Positions 1 to 9,359 of a stretch of 64,000 bases of DNA are shown here, piece by piece; position 1 is the first letter of the stretch; every line of letters begins with the position of its first letter. Made by a program: the position numbers and the translations under genes. The DNA is taken from positions 32,001 to 96,000 of IMG/VR virus record IMGVR_UViG_3300008740_000001. The stretch is one strand, 5' to 3'. The stretch comes from a virus. Lineage: Duplodnaviria > Caudoviricetes. Below the pieces are notes generated by a model that worked only from the letters and a program-made list of their open reading frames with translations, had not been told where the DNA came from and did not search any database.

Positions 1-1
1 C

Positions 2-280
2 ACATCAAAATGCATTATCGGATCCCAGCAGGTACCATATATTTACGAAGATCGTGTATCTAAAGAGGATTTCCTCAAAGCCTTAGAAGACATCTACAAC
101 ATGACAGCCGAAGAAAGATTCGAATTAGGACTTCAAGGCAGAAACCATGTCATGACAAATTACAACTTTAGTGAATTTCAAGATTCTTGGAGAGAACTGG
201 TTGAAAAGACAATGGAATCTCACGGCTCTTGGGAAACTCGAAAAAATTATCAACGTTGGCACTTTATGGAGGTTGCATAA
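2..280 (+). CDS. Partial (3' end) GT4-family glycosyltransferase
   Basis: Frame 2 is open from the window edge: TSKCIIGSQQVPYIYEDRVSKEDFLKALEDIYNMTAEERFELGLQGRNHVMTNYNF...MEVA*. This resembles the C-terminal helices of GT-B/GT4 enzymes, and the stop abuts the next GT4 start. Confidence 0.65.
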   Translation, partial: TSKCIIGSQQVPYIYEDRVSKEDFLKALEDIYNMTAEERFELGLQGRNHVMTNYNFSEFQDSWRELVEKTMESHGSWETRKNYQRWHFMEVA

Positions 281-1555
281 ATGAAAAAGAAAGTTATTAT
301 TAGAGGACCAATTCTCACGCGGACTGGCTATGGAGAGCAAGCTAGATTTGCGTTTCGAGCCCTGAAGTCCCGTCCGGATTTGTTTGATGTATATGTGATG
401 CCTACAAATTGGGGCCACACTGGTTGGACCGTTGAAGATGATGAAAATCGCAGAGAGCTTGATCAGATTATTCGGGAGACTCCGATATATATCAATGAGT
501 GTAACGAGGCCCAAGTCCAGCCATTTGACATCTCTATTCAGGTTACTATCCCGCAAGAGTGGGAGCCATTGGCTGCCAACAATATTGGCTTCACAGCCGG
601 CACAGAAACGACACACATTTCTGCGAACTGGATAGAGAAATCAAATGAGGTCGACAGAATCATTGTAGTTTCAGAACACACGCGCTCTGGATTTGTGAAT
701 ACTGAATATAACGCAAAGGCGCGCAATGGTGCCGATGTCGTATTGAGATGTGCTACTCCTGTAGATGTTGTGAATTTTCCTGTTAAGCATGTAGAACCCG
801 AAGAACTGGACTTTGAGCCAAGTACGGAGTTCAACTTTTTAACAGTCGCACAATGGTCGCCCCGTAAAAACTTGGAACATACAGTTAAGTGGTTTATCGA
901 GGAGTTTATCGATAACGAAAATGTCGGCTTAATTCTCAAGGCCAACATTGCAAAGAATTGCCTTCTTGATAGGGTTGCGATAAATCAGCGCCTGTCTGAA
1001 CTAACGGCTAAATATCCAGATCGGAAATGCAAGATCTATCTTTTGCACGGTAACCTCACTGATGAGGAGATGGCCGGCCTGTATCAGCATCCCAAGGTCA
1101 AAGCTTTGGTTAATATTGCTCACGGAGAAGGGTTTGGTCTGCCGATGTTTGAGGCTGCAGCTAACGCGTTGCCGATTGTTGCTCCAAACTGGGGAGGCCA
1201 GAAGGACTACTTAAGTGCGGAAGTTACCACTAAGCGAAAGGGCAAGAAGACCACAAAGACGCGATGTTTGGCCACAAAGGTTGATTATACTCTAGGGCCA
1301 ATCCAAGCGGAAGCGGTTTGGGAAAATGTCTTAATTCCAGAATCATCATGGTGTTATCCAACAAAGACTGCTTATAAGAAAGCACTCCAGACGGTATATA
1401 AGAACCACAATAGGATGGTTAGTGATGCCAAGAAGCTGCAGGCTAGTATTGTAGAGAATTTTTCCGAAGAAAATCAGATTGAGAAATTTGTCGACTCTGT
1501 GCTTAAAACCACTGGGGCGAGTTCTTCTGAATTTAGTAAGGTTGTTACATTATGA
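281..1555 (+). CDS. GT4 (GT-B fold) glycosyltransferase
   Basis: 424 aa. Donor-binding motif HGEGFGLPMFEAAANALPIV, plus FNFLTVAQWSPRKN. Confidence 0.9.
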   Translation: MKKKVIIRGPILTRTGYGEQARFAFRALKSRPDLFDVYVMPTNWGHTGWTVEDDENRRELDQIIRETPIYINECNEAQVQPFDISIQVTIPQEWEPLAANNIGFTAGTETTHISANWIEKSNEVDRIIVVSEHTRSGFVNTEYNAKARNGADVVLRCATPVDVVNFPVKHVEPEELDFEPSTEFNFLTVAQWSPRKNLEHTVKWFIEEFIDNENVGLILKANIAKNCLLDRVAINQRLSELTAKYPDRKCKIYLLHGNLTDEEMAGLYQHPKVKALVNIAHGEGFGLPMFEAAANALPIVAPNWGGQKDYLSAEVTTKRKGKKTTKTRCLATKVDYTLGPIQAEAVWENVLIPESSWCYPTKTAYKKALQTVYKNHNRMVSDAKKLQASIVENFSEENQIEKFVDSVLKTTGASSSEFSKVVTL

Positions 1556-2817
1556 CAACAAAGGTGCTATATCAAGGTCAGGTTTATGACCCAAGCGGAT
1601 ACGCCGTCGCCGGCCGAGGCTATATTCGTTCAATGTATGATTACATTAAGGCCAATAACTTAGATATGGAACTTAGAGTTGTGGCTGTTAGTGCTGACCA
1701 GCATAAGAGCTTGACAGAAGAAGAGACCAAGTTCCTCGATTCTCTAGGTTTTGATTCAGCAGAGGCTATGGACGAGTGGATTGAAGATGAAGATTATCAT
1801 TATATTTTTCATCACCCACCGGTATATGCTTGGAAACTGCCAATTACCAAGAAGCTTGCGGCACGCTCATTAACTACAACGTGTTTTACTGTGTGGGAAA
1901 CAGACGAGATCCCACCTGTTTGGAATGACATTTTTGAATCTTTTGATGTTGATAAGGTTGTGGTGCCCTGTAAGTGGAATCGTGACAGTTTTGTACAAAG
2001 CTTGCAGAAATTTGATCGCCCCCGCCCCGTCGAAATGGTGCCACACCTTATCAACGATAACTTTATCGAGTCGGACAACGCAGTTACTGAAATTGAAGGG
2101 TTCCCGATGAATAAGGATGCCTTTAAGGTATTGACAGTGGGCCAATGGACAGATCGTAAAGCACTCAAAGCAGTCGTAAAGGCCTTCTTGATGGAGTTTA
2201 AGGATAATACAGACTGTGAACTCATTGTAAAAACATATGGCAATATTCAAGATCCACGACCGGAGATGCAGACTGCGCAACAGCAATCGATTGCTCAGGA
2301 GATGGTTATACTGAAACAGTCTATCCTCGGGAACAGTTTGACCGATTTACCTAAGTGTTCTTTACACCTATTGTATGGTCTTTTTCCCAAAGATCAGATG
2401 AACTATTTGTTTAAAGAAGCAGACTTGTTTGCTTTACTTAGCAAGGCAGAAGGCTTCGGCTTGCCTATCGCAGAAGCAATTGCTAGCGAAACACCTGTTT
2501 TGGTCCATGACAAGGGTGGCCATGTTGGCTTTACCGATCCTGAGAATAATTTTTTAGTTGACTGTCACCTTACTCCCGCTAATTGTACTGTATTTCCTTT
2601 TGTTTACTCCTGCGATAGCAACTGGTTTGATACTGATTATCTTTCAGCCAGAAAACAATTTCGAGCGGCATACAATGCATGGAAGGAAGACAAGGCAGCA
2701 TATACCGCTCGCGCCACCGCCTCGAAGGCGTATATGTTAAACGTCACCGGCGATAGCTTAGTATTAGGCAAAAAGCTGGTTGATTTTGTTGTAGGCGAGA
2801 ATGCACAAGAGGACTAG
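1552..2817 (+). CDS. GT4 (GT-B fold) glycosyltransferase, paralog of upstream gene
   Basis: 421 aa. KAEGFGLPIAEAIASETPV and FKVLTVGQWTDRK motifs. ATGA overlap with the upstream gene. Confidence 0.9.
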   Translation: MTTKVLYQGQVYDPSGYAVAGRGYIRSMYDYIKANNLDMELRVVAVSADQHKSLTEEETKFLDSLGFDSAEAMDEWIEDEDYHYIFHHPPVYAWKLPITKKLAARSLTTTCFTVWETDEIPPVWNDIFESFDVDKVVVPCKWNRDSFVQSLQKFDRPRPVEMVPHLINDNFIESDNAVTEIEGFPMNKDAFKVLTVGQWTDRKALKAVVKAFLMEFKDNTDCELIVKTYGNIQDPRPEMQTAQQQSIAQEMVILKQSILGNSLTDLPKCSLHLLYGLFPKDQMNYLFKEADLFALLSKAEGFGLPIAEAIASETPVLVHDKGGHVGFTDPENNFLVDCHLTPANCTVFPFVYSCDSNWFDTDYLSARKQFRAAYNAWKEDKAAYTARATASKAYMLNVTGDSLVLGKKLVDFVVGENAQED

Positions 2818-3571
2818 AGAAACCAAAAGAGCTTTAAACCGGCTTAACACTTACCACGAAAAAGTCGCTCATTTGAAAGATTTATATGCAAATGAGCGAT
2901 TATTTTTGTTGGCACCGGGCCCTTCTCTGGGAGAGGTGGACGAGCAAGAACTAAGGGCGAAATTAAAAAATAGCCTTACTTTTTCTGTAAAACAAGCTTA
3001 TCTTAAGTATAAAAACGAAACAGACTTTCACTTCATCAACGATTGCAATTTGCCGATGATTAACGGGTACCCCGGATATGTATATGGAATAAAATCTGGG
3101 CCCATAACAATCGCTTCCAGCGGATACCCAGAGGAGCATGCTAGGCAGAGATACGCGCACCATCAGCATTGGGACATTTTTTGTCGAGTCCTAGATCCGC
3201 TGGTATATCAGGATCAGAACCTTCAGCGTTTGTGTGAGAGTAATGATTTTGATTCTGGCTTGTTCGATAATATGCTTGATCGCCCATGTGGCCCAAGCAT
3301 AACCCTAGAGACAGTTCTTTATATGGCAGTGCATGTTGGAGCCAAAGACATATACGCTATTGGTTGGGATAGTGGTGATAAGGCCGGAGAACATTTCTAC
3401 GATGACGAAACACACCTGACCAGCAATCGAGAATTTGAATATGCAATGGTGCAAAAAGCTTCCAGTCCATTGTATAATTGGCTAAAGGAGCAAGGAGTAA
3501 ACTTGCACTTAATTAGCAAAATCAGCGCTCTAAGCGATGAAATCCCCAGACTAAATTTAAAGGATATATAA
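2801..3571 (+). CDS. DUF115/Maf-like (GT29/GT42-fold) putative nonulosonate transferase
   Basis: LLAPGPSL N-terminal Rossmann motif and AVHVGAKDIYAIGWD...EHFYD C-terminal motif. Confidence 0.6.
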   Translation: MHKRTRETKRALNRLNTYHEKVAHLKDLYANERLFLLAPGPSLGEVDEQELRAKLKNSLTFSVKQAYLKYKNETDFHFINDCNLPMINGYPGYVYGIKSGPITIASSGYPEEHARQRYAHHQHWDIFCRVLDPLVYQDQNLQRLCESNDFDSGLFDNMLDRPCGPSITLETVLYMAVHVGAKDIYAIGWDSGDKAGEHFYDDETHLTSNREFEYAMVQKASSPLYNWLKEQGVNLHLISKISALSDEIPRLNLKDI

Positions 3572-4398
3572 TGTCAACTTATATTATTGCCGAAATTGGC
3601 ATCAATCACAATGGCGATCTAAATATCGCTAAACGATTAATAGATATCGCTGCAGTGGCTGGTTGCGATGCGGTAAAGTTTCAAAAAAGAAATCCCGATG
3701 TGTGCGTACCCGAACACCAAAAGGGCGTCATGAGAGAGACGCCATGGGGAACGATGACATACTTGGATTACAAATACCGCATGGAATTTGGAAAAGCCGA
3801 GTATGATGAAATTGATCAATATTGTCGAGACAAAGGCATTGCATGGTCAGCCAGTCCGTGGGACATGGATAGTTTAGAATTCTTAAAACAGTATGATCTA
3901 CCGTTTATTAAAATACCATCTGCCATGATTACAAATGAGGAGTTGATGCGAGGCTGCGCCAATTCTGGCATGAAGGTGATCTTTTCTTCTGGTATGAGCA
4001 CTATTGAGGAAACCGATCAGGCTGTCAATTGGATGCGGGACGAAAACACTGAATTTGCACTTTTGCACTGTAATTCTACATATCCCGCGCCACTTGAAGA
4101 TTTGAATCTTAGATGCATACAGACTTTGAAGGAGCGCTATAATTGCGAGGTTGGCTATAGCGGTCATGAATTTAGACTAGGCACCTCGGTGGCTAGCATT
4201 TATTTGGGTGCTACGATTATCGAGCGTCATATCACGCTAGACAGGACGATGTGGGGTTCAGACCATTTAGCATCCGTAGAGCCCCAAGGGTTGATTAAGC
4301 TGGTAAAGGGCATTCGAGAATTGGAGATTGCCCTAGGCGACGGAGTTAAGAGAGTTACGGAAGGGGAACTTCCGGTAAGAAAGAAGTTGAGAGGCTAA
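3571..4398 (+). CDS. neuB: N-acetylneuraminate/nonulosonate synthase family (short form lacking the C-terminal antifreeze-like domain)
   Basis: IIAEIGINHNGD, DAVKFQKR, IKIPSA, LLHCNSTYPAP, GYSGHE and IERHITLDR motifs. 275 aa. Confidence 0.92.
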   Translation: MSTYIIAEIGINHNGDLNIAKRLIDIAAVAGCDAVKFQKRNPDVCVPEHQKGVMRETPWGTMTYLDYKYRMEFGKAEYDEIDQYCRDKGIAWSASPWDMDSLEFLKQYDLPFIKIPSAMITNEELMRGCANSGMKVIFSSGMSTIEETDQAVNWMRDENTEFALLHCNSTYPAPLEDLNLRCIQTLKERYNCEVGYSGHEFRLGTSVASIYLGATIIERHITLDRTMWGSDHLASVEPQGLIKLVKGIRELEIALGDGVKRVTEGELPVRKKLRG

Positions 4399-4399
4399 A

Positions 4400-5386
4400 A
4401 TGGAACTTGGTGCGCATTGGGGCCCATATCAGTTGGTTTTTAACAAAAACAACAAAGAAATGTTAAGCGAACACATAAGTGGCGTGCTACAATATATGAG
4501 ATATTATCCAAATTCAGTCTACGAAAACATATGGCTAGACGGGAATACTAATGAGTTGTTTAGTGCATCTCAAACTCTTTCTACTGGCAAATGTCCCATA
4601 AACCACATGTTCTGTTTGACACGCGAAGAATTCATCAATGATCAATATCCGACACACCAGCTTGGAATGAAACACAATTACGATGCGTTAAGGAATGTTT
4701 TTCTTAGTGAGAACACATTTGAGGCAATAAGTACAGAATTAAAATGTGGAGTCAACGAAGATCTGTTATCGCTAAGACACCAAGAAAAGGTTTTAATTGT
4801 GGGCGGAGGCCCTTCTACAAAACAAGTCGACTTTGCGAAACATAAAGATACTCCAGTTTGGACCATGAACGAGTTTTGGAAAAATCCGGTATTTGAATTT
4901 TTTAACAACATTCAGGCGGTGGCCTTGTGTGATGACGTTGATATCAATAGTTCGCAGCTGTGGGATTCGATTAATAATAATAATGCTGTGGTCCTGCAAG
5001 AGTTAAGTGATTTGGGCCCTGAGCGTGTCCAGTCAATTTATAACAAGGCCGGCCGGTCGACGTTTATTCATACACGATACAGATCAAAGCTGGGCATTGG
5101 CCCGAGAATGATTGTTTTAGCGATTATCCTAGGGGCCAAAGACATATATTTTTGTGGACTAGATGGCTATGATTCTGCTTCTGACGATACACACTCCTTT
5201 GAGTCTGGCAAAGACTATCCATATTGGTTCAAAGTGGGGGGTCACGCAATGCAAGCCCAGCAGCATGTGGTAACTTGGGATTATATTTTAAACTTTTTAA
5301 GACCCAGTTATGATTTCCGATTACACGATTTGTCTGCTGGAATGCCAAGTGTTAAGTATGGTTTTATGCAAGAGAATATTAAGTGA
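4400..5386 (+). CDS. Putative sialyl/nonulosonyl-transferase (CstII/GT42-like) with an unassigned N-terminal ~120-aa domain
   Basis: VLIVGGGPSTKQVDF...VWTMNEFW and LAIILGAKDIYFCGLDGY resemble the CstII motifs IIAGNGPSLKEIDY...FRCNQFY and AIALGYKEIYLSGIDFY. Lies between neuB and neuA. Confidence 0.65.
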   Translation: MELGAHWGPYQLVFNKNNKEMLSEHISGVLQYMRYYPNSVYENIWLDGNTNELFSASQTLSTGKCPINHMFCLTREEFINDQYPTHQLGMKHNYDALRNVFLSENTFEAISTELKCGVNEDLLSLRHQEKVLIVGGGPSTKQVDFAKHKDTPVWTMNEFWKNPVFEFFNNIQAVALCDDVDINSSQLWDSINNNNAVVLQELSDLGPERVQSIYNKAGRSTFIHTRYRSKLGIGPRMIVLAIILGAKDIYFCGLDGYDSASDDTHSFESGKDYPYWFKVGGHAMQAQQHVVTWDYILNFLRPSYDFRLHDLSAGMPSVKYGFMQENIK

Positions 5387-6072
5387 AAGATATTAACGAA
5401 ATAGCAGTAGTAATTCAGGCCCGCCTCGGCTCCCAGCGCGTTCCACGAAAAATGATTCGACCATTTGCAGACACAACTCTTCTTGATGTTGCATTAAAGA
5501 AGATTAGGCGATGCACTTCTTTTTCTCAAAATAATTTTTATTTGTCGGCGCATGAGCCAGAACTGGTGCTTCTTGGCGAAAAACACGGAGTCAACGTTTA
5601 CCGTCGATCAGCCAAGTCTGCGAATTCCGAAGGTACCCCCATGACTGAGATGTATGAATGGTGGGACCGCCTACCACATAAATATTGCGTATTGATAAAC
5701 GCATGCGCACCTTTTTTGCGTCCTGAGACAATAGACAACTTTGTAGAGGCCTACAAAATAAGCGATCAAGATGGGCTTTTTGGTGTAATTCATAAAAAAA
5801 ATTATTTTTGGAACGAACAACGAGAACTGTTAACTCCTCTTACCGAAGCGGTGATGAATACCAAGACGGTACCCGCAACATATGAGGCGGCTCATTGTCT
5901 CTACGCCGGCCGATTGGATAAAATAGGGGAAGATATATGGATGGGAAACTTTAATACACCGGGAGAAATAGGGCTATACATAATGGACGAGAAAGAAGCC
6001 TTGGACATTGATTATGAATGGCAATTTAATACATATGAAAAGCTATATAGAACATTATCAGAAGTGCGTTAA
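5383..6072 (+). CDS. neuA: CMP-nonulosonate synthetase (acylneuraminate cytidylyltransferase family) #1
   Basis: IQARLGSQRVPRKMIRPF N-terminal motif and EALDIDYEWQF C-terminal motif. GTG start overlaps the upstream stop. Confidence 0.85.
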   Translation: MKDINEIAVVIQARLGSQRVPRKMIRPFADTTLLDVALKKIRRCTSFSQNNFYLSAHEPELVLLGEKHGVNVYRRSAKSANSEGTPMTEMYEWWDRLPHKYCVLINACAPFLRPETIDNFVEAYKISDQDGLFGVIHKKNYFWNEQRELLTPLTEAVMNTKTVPATYEAAHCLYAGRLDKIGEDIWMGNFNTPGEIGLYIMDEKEALDIDYEWQFNTYEKLYRTLSEVR

Positions 6073-6094
6073 GCAAGCCCATGGGCCTGACCAT

Positions 6095-6868
6095 ATGTTC
6101 CTTGTCAAGCCAGTCTCCCCCGAGGATACTTTAGGCGAAGATATCGATTTAACACTAGAGGAGAATATTGAAACTTCAAAAGAATTCCGACAATTAGTAA
6201 AGTCGTTGAGTTTGAAAGTTTCGGATATTTTCCAAGACGGGACTCACATTCAAAGTACTTCGTTTTCGAACGAAATAATGGACACGCTGCAATTCCCCGA
6301 AGTTCATGAAATTTATGAACTTGCGTATGAACAGTTATTCAACTTGTATAAGTGTCACGTTACTACTAATCGTATACAAATATATCAAAACATATATTCC
6401 AAAGATACACCTTTGTCTTCATGGCAATGGCACTATGATGACAATCCTGTTCCGCAAAGAAAACTGTTTGTCTACTTGACGGATGTTGGTAGAGATGACG
6501 CTCCCTTTTGTTACTTGGGTGGCCCAACCGTTATTGGTACCACCCGAGATCAAGAGAGTACTGCATATCCATACAGAGTTGGGTCCTCGCGGATCTCACC
6601 TACCTATAGAAAAGAACAGGTGTTTAAAACTTCAAGAATTCCCGATCATTATATACGAAAGTTGCAAATGCGCCACGATGCCAGAGAATATTTTATCTTG
6701 GGCGAAGCAGGCACATCTTTTGTCTTTGATCCCAATATTATTCATAGAGCCACGATTCCCAAGCAGGGTCATCAACGCATAGCGCTTGTTTATCATCTTC
6801 ATCCGACATTGGAGAAGACTGAGCTACAAAATTTTTACAACAAGGATGTTAAAGTATATGCAATCTGA
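6095..6868 (+). CDS. PhyH-like Fe(II)/2-oxoglutarate-type dioxygenase
   Basis: QWHYDD (HxD), KLFVYLTDV and FVFDPNIIHRA (distal His). Start moved from the track's TTG at 6008 to ATG 6095 (uncertain). Confidence 0.75.
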   Translation: MFLVKPVSPEDTLGEDIDLTLEENIETSKEFRQLVKSLSLKVSDIFQDGTHIQSTSFSNEIMDTLQFPEVHEIYELAYEQLFNLYKCHVTTNRIQIYQNIYSKDTPLSSWQWHYDDNPVPQRKLFVYLTDVGRDDAPFCYLGGPTVIGTTRDQESTAYPYRVGSSRISPTYRKEQVFKTSRIPDHYIRKLQMRHDAREYFILGEAGTSFVFDPNIIHRATIPKQGHQRIALVYHLHPTLEKTELQNFYNKDVKVYAI

Positions 6869-7721
6869 CAAAACATCATGCTTCGTGATCCCGTGCAAAT
6901 ATAGTAAAGAGATCCCGATTATTTTTAACTGCCTAAAGAGCATAAGAAAATTTCATCCGGATGATGAAATCTTTGTAGTAGACAGCAATTCAGAAGATAA
7001 AAGCTATTTTCAAGAGGCCTCCGAACAATATGGGGCTACGGTTTTAGATGTATCAAATAACAATTATTTAACCGGCGCCATTTGGTATGTGTTCAATCAT
7101 TACAAAAGGGACTTTTATTACTGTATTCACGATTCAATAGAACTGCTAGATAATCTCGCATCGCTGCAAGAACACAGAGTCTCACCTATTATGTACCATA
7201 AGCACTGGGAATGGCCCAAGGAACCCGAGACGGGAATGCGTATAGTTGACTGGTCAAAACAGCAAATAAAGAGCCACACTAATTTCACTTTTAGAGCCAG
7301 TGACTTTTATATTCTTCTGGGCGCAATGATGTGCTGCAAGAGGGAAGTCCTTGAAGGACTTAAAATGCAGGGGTTTGATAAGATCGTGCCATCCAACAAG
7401 TATCAAGAAGAATGCACGGAGAGATTGTGGGGATTCGCACTGGGAGAAATGGGATATAATCAAGACATAGAAGAAAACTCTATCCTCGGGCCCATGCGCC
7501 AAGGGCAAGGTCTCGGAACTGATTTTATTTCTAGCATTGCAGAAGATGATGATAGGGTTGTCTTTGAGGGAGTTAAATATTATAAGGATCCTGTCGGCAA
7601 ATATCATTTAGGAAATACGGACAGGGTGGTGTTGGATGACATACCCTTTGCTTTAAAACGAAACAAAATGTATGACGGTGACAAAGTGGTAAAATACTGG
7701 TGCAGCGTTAAGAGGAAGTAA
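6858..7721 (+). CDS. GT2-like (GT-A) glycosyltransferase
   Basis: FVIPCK...CLKSIRKFHPDDEIFVVDSNSED N-terminal GT-A motif, plus IHDS. ATG 6858 overlaps the upstream stop. Confidence 0.6.
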   Translation: MQSDKTSCFVIPCKYSKEIPIIFNCLKSIRKFHPDDEIFVVDSNSEDKSYFQEASEQYGATVLDVSNNNYLTGAIWYVFNHYKRDFYYCIHDSIELLDNLASLQEHRVSPIMYHKHWEWPKEPETGMRIVDWSKQQIKSHTNFTFRASDFYILLGAMMCCKREVLEGLKMQGFDKIVPSNKYQEECTERLWGFALGEMGYNQDIEENSILGPMRQGQGLGTDFISSIAEDDDRVVFEGVKYYKDPVGKYHLGNTDRVVLDDIPFALKRNKMYDGDKVVKYWCSVKRK

Positions 7722-7722
7722 G

Positions 7723-8376
7723 ATGGCGGTAGCATGCTTTATCCCAATCAAAGAAAAGAGTACCAGAGTACCAAGAAAAAACTTCAGATATCTGCAGGAT
7801 CGGCGCCTTTTTGAACACATCATCGATACCGCAATCAAATCTGATAGTTTTGATAACATATATGTGGACACAGATAGTACAGAAATTAAGGAATATTGTA
7901 GAAAATCAGGAGTTTCGGTCATTCACAGGGAGCCCAAACTGGCAGAAGACACCGCTAACGGAAACGATTTGCTAAATCATTGGACTATGTTACACCCTGA
8001 ATACGACTATTATTTCCAGCTTCATGCCACCGCGCCATTTTTAAGCTCAACAACTGTTAAAAAATGTGTTAATATATTGACAGAAGCGAAGAATTATGAT
8101 TCTGTTTTTACAGCATATGAAAATTGCGGATGGTATTGGTATGAAAATACGCCGATTAATTATGATCCGGCCGAATTGCCTAGAAGTCAAGATGCCAAAA
8201 AGGTATACAGCGAAACTACTGGCCTATATGGAATAACTTCTTCGGCATTGAGGCATCTTGGGTGTCGTATCGGCTCTAAACCATATGTTTATTTTGTAGA
8301 TGAAGTTGAGGCGCATGATATCGACAATGAATTTGACTTTAAAATAGCGGAATTGATAGCGAGGGAATTAAAATAA
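7723..8376 (+). CDS. neuA: CMP-nonulosonate synthetase family #2
   Basis: IPIKEKSTRVPRKNFR, IYVDTDS, QLHATAPF and EAHDIDNEFDF motifs. Confidence 0.85.
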   Translation: MAVACFIPIKEKSTRVPRKNFRYLQDRRLFEHIIDTAIKSDSFDNIYVDTDSTEIKEYCRKSGVSVIHREPKLAEDTANGNDLLNHWTMLHPEYDYYFQLHATAPFLSSTTVKKCVNILTEAKNYDSVFTAYENCGWYWYENTPINYDPAELPRSQDAKKVYSETTGLYGITSSALRHLGCRIGSKPYVYFVDEVEAHDIDNEFDFKIAELIARELK

Positions 8377-9359
8377 TGTTAGACACTGAAAATATTGAAA
8401 GCAAATTTCATTCAATTATCAAATCTCAAGGATGGAATGATTATGTTAAGCAATTGAACTCTGTTGATGATGTGTATGTGATAGGGAACGGAGGCAATTG
8501 GGCGGTCGGCAGCCATGGGGCTATCGACAATCTCAAGATGTCAAAAGATAAAAGATTTTTTAGTCCGGACAGTACCGCTTATGTCACTGCGGCTTCGAAT
8601 GATTGGGGTTACGATAACTTATTTTTAAACTGGCTTAAGCATCAAAACAAAAACGGCGATCTATACAATGGCAAGGTGATGGTACTAGGACTTTCGTCTT
8701 CTGGAAATTCAGAAAACATCATTAGAGCGCTAAGGTGGGCTTCTGATGCCGGCATTCCGACATGTCTGATAACAGGGCAAAAAAGTAAAGAGCTTGAAAA
8801 GTATCCAACCATCAACACAGTAGAGGTTGACTTGGGGGTGCAGTATTACCACTCAGCAGAACTGTTAACGTTGTGGCTATTTTACGAAATGGTACACGTT
8901 ACGGGCGCCACCTGTCCGAAGTTCGTCGATAGAAAAGACGATTCTGTCGAAAGAAAACAATGGACGGGTATTAGAAAGCATAGCTATCCAGACGAGATGA
9001 TCAATATTGGTATTGACTTTGATGGTGTAATACACAGGTGTTCTAAGGGCTTCTATGATGGAACGATTTACGATGAACCTGTCGACGGCGCCGCAGAAGC
9101 TTTGAAGTCTTTAGCCGAAAAATACAATATTATAGTTTATACAGCAAAGGCCAAGCCAGATCGGCCATTGATAAGCGGAAAAACCGGCCAAGAGTTGGTG
9201 TGGGAATGGCTTGACAAGTGGAACTTTAGCCAGTATGTATGTGAAGTTACAGCAGAAAAGCCTAGGGCCAAGTTCTACATAGATGACAAAGCTATCCGGT
9301 TTGTTGATTGGGCAGATGCACTGGAGGCCATAGATACTCTTTATGATGAAAGTTATTAA
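8376..9359 (+). CDS. SIS-domain (GmhA-like) sugar-phosphate isomerase fused to a HAD phosphatase
   Basis: N-terminal VIGNGGN...LGLSSSGNSENIIRAL (GmhA-like). C-terminal IGIDFDGVIH...VYTAK...FYIDDK (HAD motifs I, II, IV). Confidence 0.8.
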   Translation: MLDTENIESKFHSIIKSQGWNDYVKQLNSVDDVYVIGNGGNWAVGSHGAIDNLKMSKDKRFFSPDSTAYVTAASNDWGYDNLFLNWLKHQNKNGDLYNGKVMVLGLSSSGNSENIIRALRWASDAGIPTCLITGQKSKELEKYPTINTVEVDLGVQYYHSAELLTLWLFYEMVHVTGATCPKFVDRKDDSVERKQWTGIRKHSYPDEMINIGIDFDGVIHRCSKGFYDGTIYDEPVDGAAEALKSLAEKYNIIVYTAKAKPDRPLISGKTGQELVWEWLDKWNFSQYVCEVTAEKPRAKFYIDDKAIRFVDWADALEAIDTLYDESY

